DNA from: an uncultured Actinomycetota bacterium
Lineage (GTDB): Bacteria > Actinomycetota > Actinomycetes > Propionibacteriales > Propionibacteriaceae
DNA length: 64,000 nt
NCBI GenBank assembly: GCA_963697765.1
Contig: CAVOPC010000003.1
Coordinates: 230,775-294,774 of the forward strand
Direction of reading: 5' to 3'
Below the pieces are notes generated by a model. It made no database searches. It saw only the letters and a list, made by a program, of their open reading frames with translations, and was not told the DNA's origin. The translations under genes and the position numbers were made by a program. This document shows, one piece after another, positions 34,443-42,640 of this stretch (position 1 is its first letter; each line of letters begins with the position of its first letter).

Positions 34443-37148
34443 CTATTCAGCCGGGTCGGGCTCACCGCCCGGATCGGCGCCGGGCTGGTCCGGACGGGAC
34501 CCGGCCTCCAGTGCGGGAACCTGGATGAAGGGCAGGATCCCGAGCATCAGCAGGCAGGCTGCCCCGTACAGCAGATACAGGTCGCGGAACCCCTCGTTGA
34601 GAGTGGTCTGGTACGTCGCCTGCAGTTGCGGGCCACGGGCGTCGATCTCGGCCAGGTAGTCGGCCCGCGCCTGCTGGAACGCGGCGGGCACGGCCGCGTT
34701 CAGCACCTTGAGTTGACGTGTGGTCTCCGCAATCTCGCTGCGCGCGTCGGTGATCTCGGCGCGTGCAGCAACCAGCGAGCTTCGGGCGTGGGTCAGCTCC
34801 GAGCGCTTCCGCGTCAGGGTGGTTCGGGCGGCCAGCAGCTTGTCCCGTGCGCCGATCAGCTTGGCGCGCGCCGTGGCCAGTTCGGCCCGCTGGGTCCGCA
34901 GGTCGGCGCGCTTGGCGATCAGCGTGGTGCGCTGTGAGCTCAGCGCGGTTCGGGCGGCCGCCAGGTCGGCTCGCTGGTCGGCCAGTGTCGAGCGCTTACC
35001 GCTCAACGCGGCCCGCTTGGCAAGCAGTGGCGTCCGCTCCGCGACTCGTTCGGCCCGCTGCTGCTCGAGTGCGGCGATCGACTTCTGCAGGGCCTCGATC
35101 TGCGGCTGCAGGGCGGGGTCGCCCGCTGCCTGCAGGTGCGAAAGGGCCGCCCGCTGCTCGGCCAGGCCTCGATCGATGCCGTCGATCGCGGCGTCGAGTC
35201 CGGCGATCGGCTGACTGACCCCTGCGATCGCCGCATCAAGTCCGGTCAGGCCCTTGTCCATACCGGTGATGCCGCGCGTCATCGAGGCCCGGGCGGCGGT
35301 CATCTTTGTGATGCCGGTGGTCATTCCGTCGATGCCGCTGGTCATGCCGCGGATGCCGGACGACATCCGGGTGATCGTCGTACCCATCGACGCAAGAGCG
35401 CGGTCCATCTTTGCGATGCCCTTGGACATGCCGGCGATTCCCTTGGACATCTTCAGGATCGATTTGGTCATCGTCGCCTGGGTCTTGGCCAGCTTGGCGT
35501 CCACGGTGCCCAACTGTGTGACACCGGTTTCGACTCCACCCTGGATGTCGGCGATCACCGACGGCGTCTGGTTGTCGTACATGCGGTCGGCGACGGTCTT
35601 TGTGGCGGCCACGATGGTGGTCACGTCCGCGTTCTTCAGCAGCGTGACCAGGTCGTCCGGCAGGGTGCCGTCACCGTCGGCGGAGACGCTGATGGTGGAC
35701 TGCGCGGTCAGGTCGGGGAACTCCACACCCTTCAGCGCATCGGCGAACCGGTCGTCCGCCTTCCAGTCGGCGAACCGTTTCTGCAGGGTGGCGGCGTAGG
35801 GCAGTTCCGGTGCCGTGATGGTGGTCGGCAGGTCCGCCGTCAGCCGGTCCTGCAGGGCCAGCCCGGCGTGGGCCAGAAAGCCGACCATGATGACCGGGGC
35901 GAGCGTGGTGCCGATCGAACGGACGAGCGACAGAGTGCCGAGCGCCGAGGCCGACTCCTTGGCGGGAGTCAGCCGCAGCATCAGGTAGTTCAGCGGAGAG
36001 CCGATGATGAACCCAAGGCCGAGCCCGATCAACACCAGCGTGACGATCACGCTGGCCAGGCTGAGCGTGGGCAGCAGCCACGCAATGGCGCTGACGGCAG
36101 CCAGGGCGGAGATGGCGGCGCCGGTGCCGAGCACCCGCTTCGGGCCGAACGCGTCGGTCAGCCGTCCGGACAGCGGTGCACCGATGCCCGAGGCCAGGCC
36201 GAGGATGATGACCAGGTAGCCACCGCTGCCGCTGGGCAACTTCAGGGCGTTCTCGGCCAGTTGCGGAACGAAGACCACCCCCATCAGCACGAAACCCGAG
36301 AGCAGTGACAGCAGCAGGGTCAGGGCCACCGAACGGTCGGTGAAGTAGCCGAGGTTCAGGACGGGGTCGGCCGCCCGGCGTTCGGCCAGGATGAAGAGTG
36401 GTATCAGCACGGCCACGGCCACCAGCCACGGATACACCCCCACCGACCGCACGCTGGTGACCACGTCGAAGAAGTCCAGGTTGGTCAGCCCGTACAACAG
36501 GCACATGATGATGCCGACCAGTAACGCGGTTCCGATCAGGTCCATCGGGGCCACGTTGGCCCGGCGGTGGTCGGGCAGGACCACCAGGCCCAGCGCCACG
36601 ATGCCGATTGCGATCGGCACGTTGATGTAGAAGATCCACTGCCAGTTGTGTGTTCCCGCGACGCTCAGGATCAGGCTGCCCGCCGAGGCGCCCAACAGGT
36701 TCGCGATGCCGAACACGGCCCCGACCAGGCCCAGCGCCATGCCGCGCCGCTGGGGTGGCACCTGGGTGCCGATCTCCGCGGTCGCGATCGGCAGGATGCC
36801 GCCGCCGCCGATCGCCTGGATCACCCGCGCCACGACCAGCATGCCGAAACTGCCGGCGTCCTGCGAGAGCCCGCAGAGCAGCGATCCGAGGCCGAACAGG
36901 GCGATCGCGGTCAGGTACACGGGCTTGCGGCCGAGCCGGTCGGCAAGCTTGCCCATCACCGGGATGGCTGCGGCGTAGGCGAGGGTGTAGACGGTGATCA
37001 GCCAGACACTGAGTTGCTCGCCGACGCCGAGGTCGGTGGCGATGACGGTGCGGGCCGGTGTGACGATGCCGGTGTCGATGGCACCCATGAAGATGCCCAG
37101 CAGGTACAGCGTGATGGCGAGCGGCCAGTTGCCGCGCAGTGACTTCAT
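34443..37148 (-). CDS. DHA2-type (14-TM) MFS efflux transporter with a ~420-aa heptad-repeat insert between TM13 and TM14
   Basis: 901 aa. Residues 1-430 contain 13 hydrophobic helices with MFS motifs (GKLADRLGRKPVY; VARVIQAIGGGG). The final helix, LYLLYGAACLLMLGILPFI, is at 857-876. Residues ~432-855 are non-membrane and helical. The start overlaps the marR stop (ATGA). Confidence 0.88.
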   Translation of the reverse strand: MKSLRGNWPLAITLYLLGIFMGAIDTGIVTPARTVIATDLGVGEQLSVWLITVYTLAYAAAIPVMGKLADRLGRKPVYLTAIALFGLGSLLCGLSQDAGSFGMLVVARVIQAIGGGGILPIATAEIGTQVPPQRRGMALGLVGAVFGIANLLGASAGSLILSVAGTHNWQWIFYINVPIAIGIVALGLVVLPDHRRANVAPMDLIGTALLVGIIMCLLYGLTNLDFFDVVTSVRSVGVYPWLVAVAVLIPLFILAERRAADPVLNLGYFTDRSVALTLLLSLLSGFVLMGVVFVPQLAENALKLPSGSGGYLVIILGLASGIGAPLSGRLTDAFGPKRVLGTGAAISALAAVSAIAWLLPTLSLASVIVTLVLIGLGLGFIIGSPLNYLMLRLTPAKESASALGTLSLVRSIGTTLAPVIMVGFLAHAGLALQDRLTADLPTTITAPELPYAATLQKRFADWKADDRFADALKGVEFPDLTAQSTISVSADGDGTLPDDLVTLLKNADVTTIVAATKTVADRMYDNQTPSVIADIQGGVETGVTQLGTVDAKLAKTQATMTKSILKMSKGIAGMSKGIAKMDRALASMGTTITRMSSGIRGMTSGIDGMTTGITKMTAARASMTRGITGMDKGLTGLDAAIAGVSQPIAGLDAAIDGIDRGLAEQRAALSHLQAAGDPALQPQIEALQKSIAALEQQRAERVAERTPLLAKRAALSGKRSTLADQRADLAAARTALSSQRTTLIAKRADLRTQRAELATARAKLIGARDKLLAARTTLTRKRSELTHARSSLVAARAEITDARSEIAETTRQLKVLNAAVPAAFQQARADYLAEIDARGPQLQATYQTTLNEGFRDLYLLYGAACLLMLGILPFIQVPALEAGSRPDQPGADPGGEPDPAE
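34725..35471 (-). repeat. Two in-frame arrays of 21-nt (heptad) tandem repeats inside the MFS gene
   Basis: Array 1 (35157-35471, aa 560-664) has 15 heptads: MTKSILK MSKGIAG MSKGIAK MDRALAS MGTTITR MSSGIRG MTSGIDG MTTGITK MTAARAS MTRGITG MDKGLTG LDAAIAG VSQPIAG LDAAIDG IDRGLAE. Array 2 (34725-35018, aa 711-808) has 14 heptads: KRAALSG KRSTLAD QRADLAA ARTALSS QRTTLIA KRADLRT QRAELAT ARAKLIG ARDKLLA ARTTLTR KRSELTH ARSSLVA ARAEITD ARSEIAE. Confidence 0.9.
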
Positions 37149-37633
37149 GCCCGGCTCCCCCGCTCGGGATCGCGCAGCTGGTCGTCAAACCGTCCCAGCG
37201 CCTGGTTGACGACGCCTAGGACCCGGACGCACGCCGCCAGGTCGGCGTCGGGAAAGTCCCTTAGCGCCTCGGAGTGCAGAGTGCCCAGCGGGGTGAAGAA
37301 GTTTCTGGCCACCTCGTGGCCGTGTTCGCCGAAGCGCAGGACGACGGTACGTCGATCCGTCTGACCCCGCTCGCGGTACACGTGACCGGCGGTGGACAGC
37401 CGGTCCACGGCATAGGTGACGGCGGCTGGGGTGAGGTCGAGTTCGCCGGCCAACTGCCGCAGGGTCAGCGGCGCCCCGGCCCGGTCGGCGGCGTAGATGG
37501 CGGTGAGGGCGCGGAAGTCGGTGGGGTGCAGGCCATGGCGCGAGGCGAAGCTATGGCCCAGCCGTTCGGAGGACCAGCCCACATCACGCACCAGCTCAGC
37601 CAGCCGTCGTTCAAGGTCTCTGCGTTCCATCAC
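37145..37633 (-). CDS. MarR family transcriptional regulator (first gene of the marR-MFS operon)
   Basis: 162 aa. The winged helix is TDFRALTAIYAADRAGAPLTLRQLAGELDLTPAAVTYAVDRLSTAGHVYRERGQTDRR. Its stop overlaps the MFS start. Confidence 0.9.
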   Translation of the reverse strand: MMERRDLERRLAELVRDVGWSSERLGHSFASRHGLHPTDFRALTAIYAADRAGAPLTLRQLAGELDLTPAAVTYAVDRLSTAGHVYRERGQTDRRTVVLRFGEHGHEVARNFFTPLGTLHSEALRDFPDADLAACVRVLGVVNQALGRFDDQLRDPERGSRA

Positions 37634-37650
37634 ATCGCAAGTGTAGCCAG

Positions 37651-37663
37651 ATGATTAAATCAT
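37651..37663. promoter_or_regulatory. Perfect 13-bp AT-rich palindrome ATGATT-A-AATCAT upstream of marR
   Basis: Read directly. It lies 18 nt upstream of the marR start and is embedded in the only AT-rich patch of this intergenic region (gatgattaaatcatttgacaatc). Confidence 0.55.
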
Positions 37664-37975
37664 TTGACAATCAAGCCCTTCATGATTGCGCGTTGACTTC
37701 CACGCTTGGCCCCAGGTCGTCGGCCAGTGCGCGGGCGGCGTCGCCTGCCTGCCGCGTCGTCAACTGGCCGACGCCGCGCGCGACAGCGTGGCCGCACCGG
37801 CACTCCTCCATTGCCGCCGGTATCCCGGCCGCGGGGACATGCGCCCAGCCGTCATTCCGTGCGACCGATGCCTGATTGCGCAGTCCACGCCCTTGACGGT
37901 GGTGTTGCGGTGGTCGATCCTGGCGATACTGAGGCCTGCCAGCGACCGCGGACCGCCGATGAAGGAGGAGTCGCC

Positions 37976-38116
37976 ATGACTGAACCCGAGGGCTACCCAG
38001 AACCGGACGAAGATCGCGTCCACAGCGAGGAGCCTGCCGAGGGCGCCGAGCAGCCGGGCGAGGCTCATTCGCACCTGCCGCACGCCGAGGCCGCCGCCGA
38101 GGGCGACGACAACTGA
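37976..38116 (+). CDS. Hypothetical small acidic protein (46 aa)
   Basis: The ATG at 37976 is preceded by a strong RBS GAAGGAGGAG. The sequence is MTEPEGYPEPDEDRVHSEEPAEGAEQPGEAHSHLPHAEAAAEGDDN. It is low-complexity, so coding status is uncertain. Confidence 0.3.
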   Translation: MTEPEGYPEPDEDRVHSEEPAEGAEQPGEAHSHLPHAEAAAEGDDN

Positions 38117-38189
38117 AGCCCGCGACCACCGCTCCTTCGCCGCGCGGTGGTCAGGATGAGTGTCGGCGGGCCCACGTACAGTCTTCGCC

Positions 38190-40007
38190 ATGCCGATCGC
38201 TCCGTCCCCCCATTCCGGTATGGGTGCTGTCCCGCATCACGGCGGCGTGACGTTCCGGGTGTGGGCGCCGAACGCCGGCACCGTCCAGGTCACGGGTGAC
38301 TTTTCCGGCTGGACCTCGGCCGGCCGGGTGTCGATGGCCCCGGACCACTCCCGATCCGGCACCTGGTCGGCCTTCGTGCCCCACGCCGGCGTCGGTTCCG
38401 AGTACAAGTTCCTGATCCGCCGGGGCGGACCGTACCGATGGCGCATCGACCCGTTCGCCCGCGAACTCACACACAGCCGCGGCAACGCCGTGGTGTTCGA
38501 CCCGAAGACCCTCGACTGGGGAGAGCAGCCGTTCACCATGCCGGGGTGGGACGAACTGGTGCTGTACGAAATGCATATCGGCACCTTCGCCGCCGACGAT
38601 CACCGGCCCGGCACTTTCGGCACCGCGATCGGACGACTCGACCACCTGCAGCGGCTCGGCGTGAATGCGGTAGAGGTGATGCCACCGTTCGGGTTCGCCG
38701 GGCCGCGAAGCTGGGGGTACAACCCGTCCCACCTGTTCGCCATCGACACCAGTTACGGCGGGCCCCGGGCGTTCGCGCGGTTCGTCCGGGCCGCCCATGA
38801 ACGCGGCATCGCGGTCATCCTCGACGTGGTGCACAACCACGCCGGCCCGACCGCCCTCGATCTTTGGCGCTTCGACGGCACCTCCCGCCGCGGCTACGGT
38901 GGGCAGTACTTCTACAACGACCGGCGGGCGAACACTCCCTGGGGTGCCACCCGGCCCAACTACGACCGCAAACAGGTCCGCAACTTTCTCCGCGATTCGG
39001 CGGTGATGTGGCTGGAGGACTTCCAGGTCGACGGCCTGCGCTTCGACGGCACCAACTACATCCGGTCCCGCTGGGGCAACGTTCACCACCGGCCGGACCG
39101 GATCGCCGGCGGCCATCGCTACCTGGCCGCGACCACGGCAGACATCGCAGCCCGGCAACCCTGGAAGCTGCTGATCGCCGAAGACATGCAACGTGACCCC
39201 GTGGTCACCACGCCGACCGAACACGGCGGGCTCGGTTTCCACTCGCAGTGGGACGCCGACTTCGTCCATCCGGTCCGGCGCGCCCTGGAAACACCGTGGG
39301 ACGCCGACCGCGACACGGCGGCCGTCGCCCGGGCCGTCACCGGCCACTATGTGCGGGCCGCCCATGAACGGGTCATCTTCACCGAGTCGCACGACGAGGT
39401 CGCCAACGGCCGGTCACGACTGCCCGAGACGATCAACCCGGGTGCCGCCGACTCCTGGCCGTCCCGCAAGCGGGCCACTCTTGCTCTGGCCCTTGTGCTC
39501 ACCTCGGCCGGCATGCCGCTGATCTTTCAGGGTCAGGAGTTCTGCGAAGACCGCTGGTTCGACGACCGCGTCCCGCTGTCGTGGAACAAGGCGCAGCGGA
39601 ACGCGGACTTCCTGCAGCTGGCACGCCAGCTGATCCGGCTCCGCCGGAACCTGGACGGTGAGACGGCCGGTCTTCGCGGACCGCACACCGCCTTGATCCG
39701 GGTGGACGACCAACACAAGGTGCTGGCGTATCACCGGTGGTGGCATGGCGGAGCGCGTGACGACGTCGTGGTCGCGGTCAACCTGTCCACCCAGGTCGTC
39801 CACGGCTACCGGGTGGGCCTCCCTCGAGAAGGCAACTGGCGATTGCGGTGCAACACGGACGCCCCTATGTTCGGCCACGACTTCGGCGTGGCACACGCCA
39901 CCGACCTGCACGCCGCACCAAGCCCGTGGGACGGGCAACAGTTCTCGGCCGAACTCACGATCGGGCCATACGCCGCGCTGATCTACTCCCAAGACGTGAC
40001 TTCTTGA
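38190..40007 (+). CDS. GH13 alpha-amylase-family enzyme with N-terminal CBM48 (alpha-glucan branching-enzyme-like)
   Basis: GVTFRVWAPNAGTVQVTGDFSGW (CBM48/E-set), YEMHIGTF, ILDVVHNHAG, VDGLRFDGTNY and FTESHDEV are GH13 conserved regions. The start is ATG 38190 or GTG 38160. Confidence 0.8.
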   Translation: MPIAPSPHSGMGAVPHHGGVTFRVWAPNAGTVQVTGDFSGWTSAGRVSMAPDHSRSGTWSAFVPHAGVGSEYKFLIRRGGPYRWRIDPFARELTHSRGNAVVFDPKTLDWGEQPFTMPGWDELVLYEMHIGTFAADDHRPGTFGTAIGRLDHLQRLGVNAVEVMPPFGFAGPRSWGYNPSHLFAIDTSYGGPRAFARFVRAAHERGIAVILDVVHNHAGPTALDLWRFDGTSRRGYGGQYFYNDRRANTPWGATRPNYDRKQVRNFLRDSAVMWLEDFQVDGLRFDGTNYIRSRWGNVHHRPDRIAGGHRYLAATTADIAARQPWKLLIAEDMQRDPVVTTPTEHGGLGFHSQWDADFVHPVRRALETPWDADRDTAAVARAVTGHYVRAAHERVIFTESHDEVANGRSRLPETINPGAADSWPSRKRATLALALVLTSAGMPLIFQGQEFCEDRWFDDRVPLSWNKAQRNADFLQLARQLIRLRRNLDGETAGLRGPHTALIRVDDQHKVLAYHRWWHGGARDDVVVAVNLSTQVVHGYRVGLPREGNWRLRCNTDAPMFGHDFGVAHATDLHAAPSPWDGQQFSAELTIGPYAALIYSQDVTS

Positions 40008-40060
40008 CGGTCGACGACCGTCGCCGGGTGCAGTCCTCGAGGCTGCTAAGGGGTCGGCGA

Positions 40061-40525
40061 TCAGCGGGGGACGATACCTGGAATCTCGTCGCGAAGTCGG
40101 TCGGTGACGGTACGCATGCGCTCGAGGACGACGCCCATGGACGCAAGCACGGCGTCGTCCACACCGTCGAACACCATGCCGGCGGTCGCGACAAGCGGTG
40201 CGTAGTAGGCGTAGGTGGTGCGGGATCCCTCGGCGGTGAACCGCACCAGAACCTTGCGCCGGTCGCCCTCGTCCGCGCTGCGCTCCACCCACCCGCGGGC
40301 AGCGAGCCGGTCGATGAGAGCCGTGGTGGCCGCCGGCCGCAGCCCCGTCGACGCGGCGAGTTCTCCGGCCGTCGCCGGCCCTTCGGCGAGGCGGTCCAGG
40401 CAACGCACCTCTGCGGAGCCTAGGCCCAGGGCGCGGCCGACGGCGTCGTCGTAGGCGTGCACCGCGCGCTGGTAGCGCTGCAGCTCGACGCCCAGGTTTG
40501 CGATGAGTTGAGTACGTTGCGACAT
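40061..40525 (-). CDS. MarR family transcriptional regulator
   Basis: EVRCLDRLAEGPATAGELAASTGLRPAATTALIDRLAARGWVERSADEGDRRKV. I prefer the start at ATG 40525 (MSQRTQL) because it leaves the palindrome in the intergenic region. Confidence 0.85.
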   Translation of the reverse strand: MSQRTQLIANLGVELQRYQRAVHAYDDAVGRALGLGSAEVRCLDRLAEGPATAGELAASTGLRPAATTALIDRLAARGWVERSADEGDRRKVLVRFTAEGSRTTYAYYAPLVATAGMVFDGVDDAVLASMGVVLERMRTVTDRLRDEIPGIVPR

Positions 40526-40534
40526 GTGGTATCT

Positions 40535-40547
40535 TTCGATCATCGAA
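40535..40547. promoter_or_regulatory. Perfect 13-bp palindrome TTCGAT-C-ATCGAA between divergent marR and the monooxygenase gene
   Basis: Read directly in the short (~47 nt) divergent intergenic region. It is a likely MarR operator. Confidence 0.55.
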
Positions 40548-40572
40548 CTATTTGGAAATCGTAGGAGTTGCC

Positions 40573-41748
40573 ATGAGGATAGTCGTCGTCGGCGCCGGTG
40601 TAGCCGGATCCGCGGTTGCGCTGGCCGCTGCCCGCGTCGGGCACGAGGTGATCCTTCTCGAACGCCGCCCCTCGCTCGACGCGAAGGCGGGCTCGTGGAT
40701 CACCCTGGCGCCCAACGGCCTTGACGCGCTCGACGTGCTCGGCGTCAGTGACGATTGGAGCGAGGGCGGCGCGCCGACCCGGGCGAACCGGATGTTCGAC
40801 GCTCGCGACAGGCTGCTCGGCGAGGTCACGATCGGCACGCCGCTCGTGGACGGCCGGGTGGGCCTCACCATCCGGCGTTCCGCCCTGTCGACGTGCCTCG
40901 CTCGACAGGCCGCGGCTGTCGGGGCGGAACTGCGGCTGGGGGCAGTCGTCGAAGCGGTCGAGCTGGACGGCCCGCGGCCCGCGGCGATCGTCGCGGGAGA
41001 ACGAATCGAGGCCGACCTACTGATCGGTGCCGACGGTGTCTGGTCACGCGTCCGACGGGCGATCGATCCGGCTGCCCCGGTCCCGAGGTATACCGGGCTG
41101 CTCAACTTCGGCGGCATCGTGGACGCCCCTGAACTCGCCCGATCGCTCGAGCCCGCGGCGTGGCACTTCGTCTTCGGCACCCGGGCGTTCGTCGGGGCAC
41201 ATCCGCTGCCGACGGGTGAAATCGTCTGGTTCGTGAATCTGCCGGGAGACCTCGTCCCGACGAAGGAGCGCTCCACGACATCGGACGACGTCTGGCGCGA
41301 GCGACTGCTCGAGGCCGTGCGGGAAGACCAGGGCGTCGCCGCTGAGTTGATCCGTCGCGGACGGTTCGAACTTGTGGCCGACAGCACGCACGACCTGCCC
41401 ACCGTTCCCATCTGGTCGCGCGGTGGTGCGGTGCTCATCGGAGACGCGGTGCACGCGCCCTCGCCAAGCTCGGGTCAGGGGGCGTCGCTGGCGCTAGAGG
41501 ACGCCGTCGAACTCGTCCGGGCCCTCGGGTCAGCGTCGAATCCGGACGAACGGGACTCAGCGCTGGCAGCGTTCGAGGCGACGCGACGTCCCCGGGTCGA
41601 GCGCGTCGTGCGCAATGGCGCCCGGTCCGGCAGTTCGAAGCTGCCGACCGGAGTCGGGCGGGTGCTCATGGACGGAATGCTCACGCTGCTGTTCCGTTCC
41701 GGATTCGCCGCGCGCGAGGTGCTGGCGACCACCGCACACCGGCTCTAG
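40573..41748 (+). CDS. FAD-dependent monooxygenase (salicylate/aromatic hydroxylase-like)
   Basis: ATG 40573. The dinucleotide-binding motif is MRIVVVGAGVAGSAVALAAARVGHEV, followed by the later motifs ADLLIGADGVWSRVR and LIGDAVHAPSPSSGQGASLALEDA. Confidence 0.88.
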   Translation: MRIVVVGAGVAGSAVALAAARVGHEVILLERRPSLDAKAGSWITLAPNGLDALDVLGVSDDWSEGGAPTRANRMFDARDRLLGEVTIGTPLVDGRVGLTIRRSALSTCLARQAAAVGAELRLGAVVEAVELDGPRPAAIVAGERIEADLLIGADGVWSRVRRAIDPAAPVPRYTGLLNFGGIVDAPELARSLEPAAWHFVFGTRAFVGAHPLPTGEIVWFVNLPGDLVPTKERSTTSDDVWRERLLEAVREDQGVAAELIRRGRFELVADSTHDLPTVPIWSRGGAVLIGDAVHAPSPSSGQGASLALEDAVELVRALGSASNPDERDSALAAFEATRRPRVERVVRNGARSGSSKLPTGVGRVLMDGMLTLLFRSGFAAREVLATTAHRL

Positions 41749-41787
41749 CGACCGGCGACCGGGGCGCTGGCCGGGAGCAGCATTGGA

Positions 41788-42024
41788 GTGCAAACCCGTC
41801 AGGCCCTCACCAACTGCACAGAGATCCTGCGCGCCGGAGGGGCGAGCCTCGACGATGTGGTCGAGGTCGGCGTTCTGCTGTCGGATCCGGGCGACTTCGA
41901 CGGCATGAACGAGGAGTACGCCCACTGGTTCCCAGTTGACCCACCTGCCCGCTACGCGGCGAAGCTCGGAGCACAGATCCCGGGCCTGCTCGTTTCGATA
42001 CGCATGACAGCAGTCAACGGCTGA
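41788..42024 (+). pseudogene. RidA/YjgF family, C-terminal two-thirds only (N-terminally truncated)
   Basis: QTRQALTNCTEILRAGGASLDDVVEVGVLLSDPGDFDGMNEEYAHWFPVDPPARYAAKLGAQIPGLLVSIRMTA aligns with roughly residues 48-125 of 128-aa RidA. RidA-like sequence (RPATGALAGSSIG) continues in frame up to the monooxygenase TAG stop. Confidence 0.6.
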
Positions 42025-42125
42025 GCCCCACGGCACTAGCGCATGCGGCCTCGCCCGCGGTCATTGACTCCGGCCCGCGTCGGTGATTCGCTTCAAGAAA
42101 CCACTACCCCGATGGGAGCCTCGCG

Positions 42126-42545
42126 ATGGGTGCCACACGTGGATTGAAGCGCATGCCCGAGCGACTCGCGACGGGTGCATACCTCCTTCATACCGGGCTG
42201 GAGAAGTGGAGCGGTGGTCCCGAACAGGCCGCCGGGATTCACGGAATGGCCGCCGGGGCCTACCCGTTCCTGGCCGGGATCGAGCCCGCGAGGTTCTTGA
42301 AGCTGCTCGCGTCCGCTGAGATCGTCACGGGTGCCCTGCTGCTGATCCCCGTCGTGCCTCGTGCTGTCGCGGGGGCCATGCTCTCCGTGTTCTCAGGTGG
42401 TTTGGTCACCATGTATCTGCGCACACCGGCCTTGCACAAGGAGGGAAGCGTGTGGCCGACGCCGAGCGGAGTAGGGGTGAGCAAGGATGTCTGGCTGCTC
42501 GCCATCGGTGTTGGCCTGGTGCTCGACGAACTCATGGAGGACTGA
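42126..42545 (+). CDS. Hypothetical membrane protein (DoxX-like topology)
   Basis: 139 aa with three to four hydrophobic segments (LASAEIVTGALLLIPVVP; GAMLSVFSGGLVTMYL; VWLLAIGVGLVL). I make no confident family call. Confidence 0.4.
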   Translation: MGATRGLKRMPERLATGAYLLHTGLEKWSGGPEQAAGIHGMAAGAYPFLAGIEPARFLKLLASAEIVTGALLLIPVVPRAVAGAMLSVFSGGLVTMYLRTPALHKEGSVWPTPSGVGVSKDVWLLAIGVGLVLDELMED

Positions 42546-42640
42546 GCCCTGCGGTCCCGCCGCGGCCCGGGGCCAGTCCGGGATCGATCGATCGGGGCGT
42601 CGCTCAGCAAGCATCGCTGCGAGGTTGACGTCAGCTCACG

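Noticed and set aside
34725-35471. Regular 21-nt periodic DNA repeats that might be mistaken for a CRISPR or VNTR array.
   Set aside because: They are in frame inside the MFS gene and encode heptads. There are no spacer/repeat alternations of CRISPR size and no cas genes in the window.
37680-38129. Minus-strand ORFs with fragments such as NDGWAHVPAAGIPAAMEECRCGH, which I briefly considered a cytidine/nucleoside deaminase remnant.
   Set aside because: The H-A-E and P-C-x-x-C deaminase motifs are not actually present, and the similarity was too loose to support.
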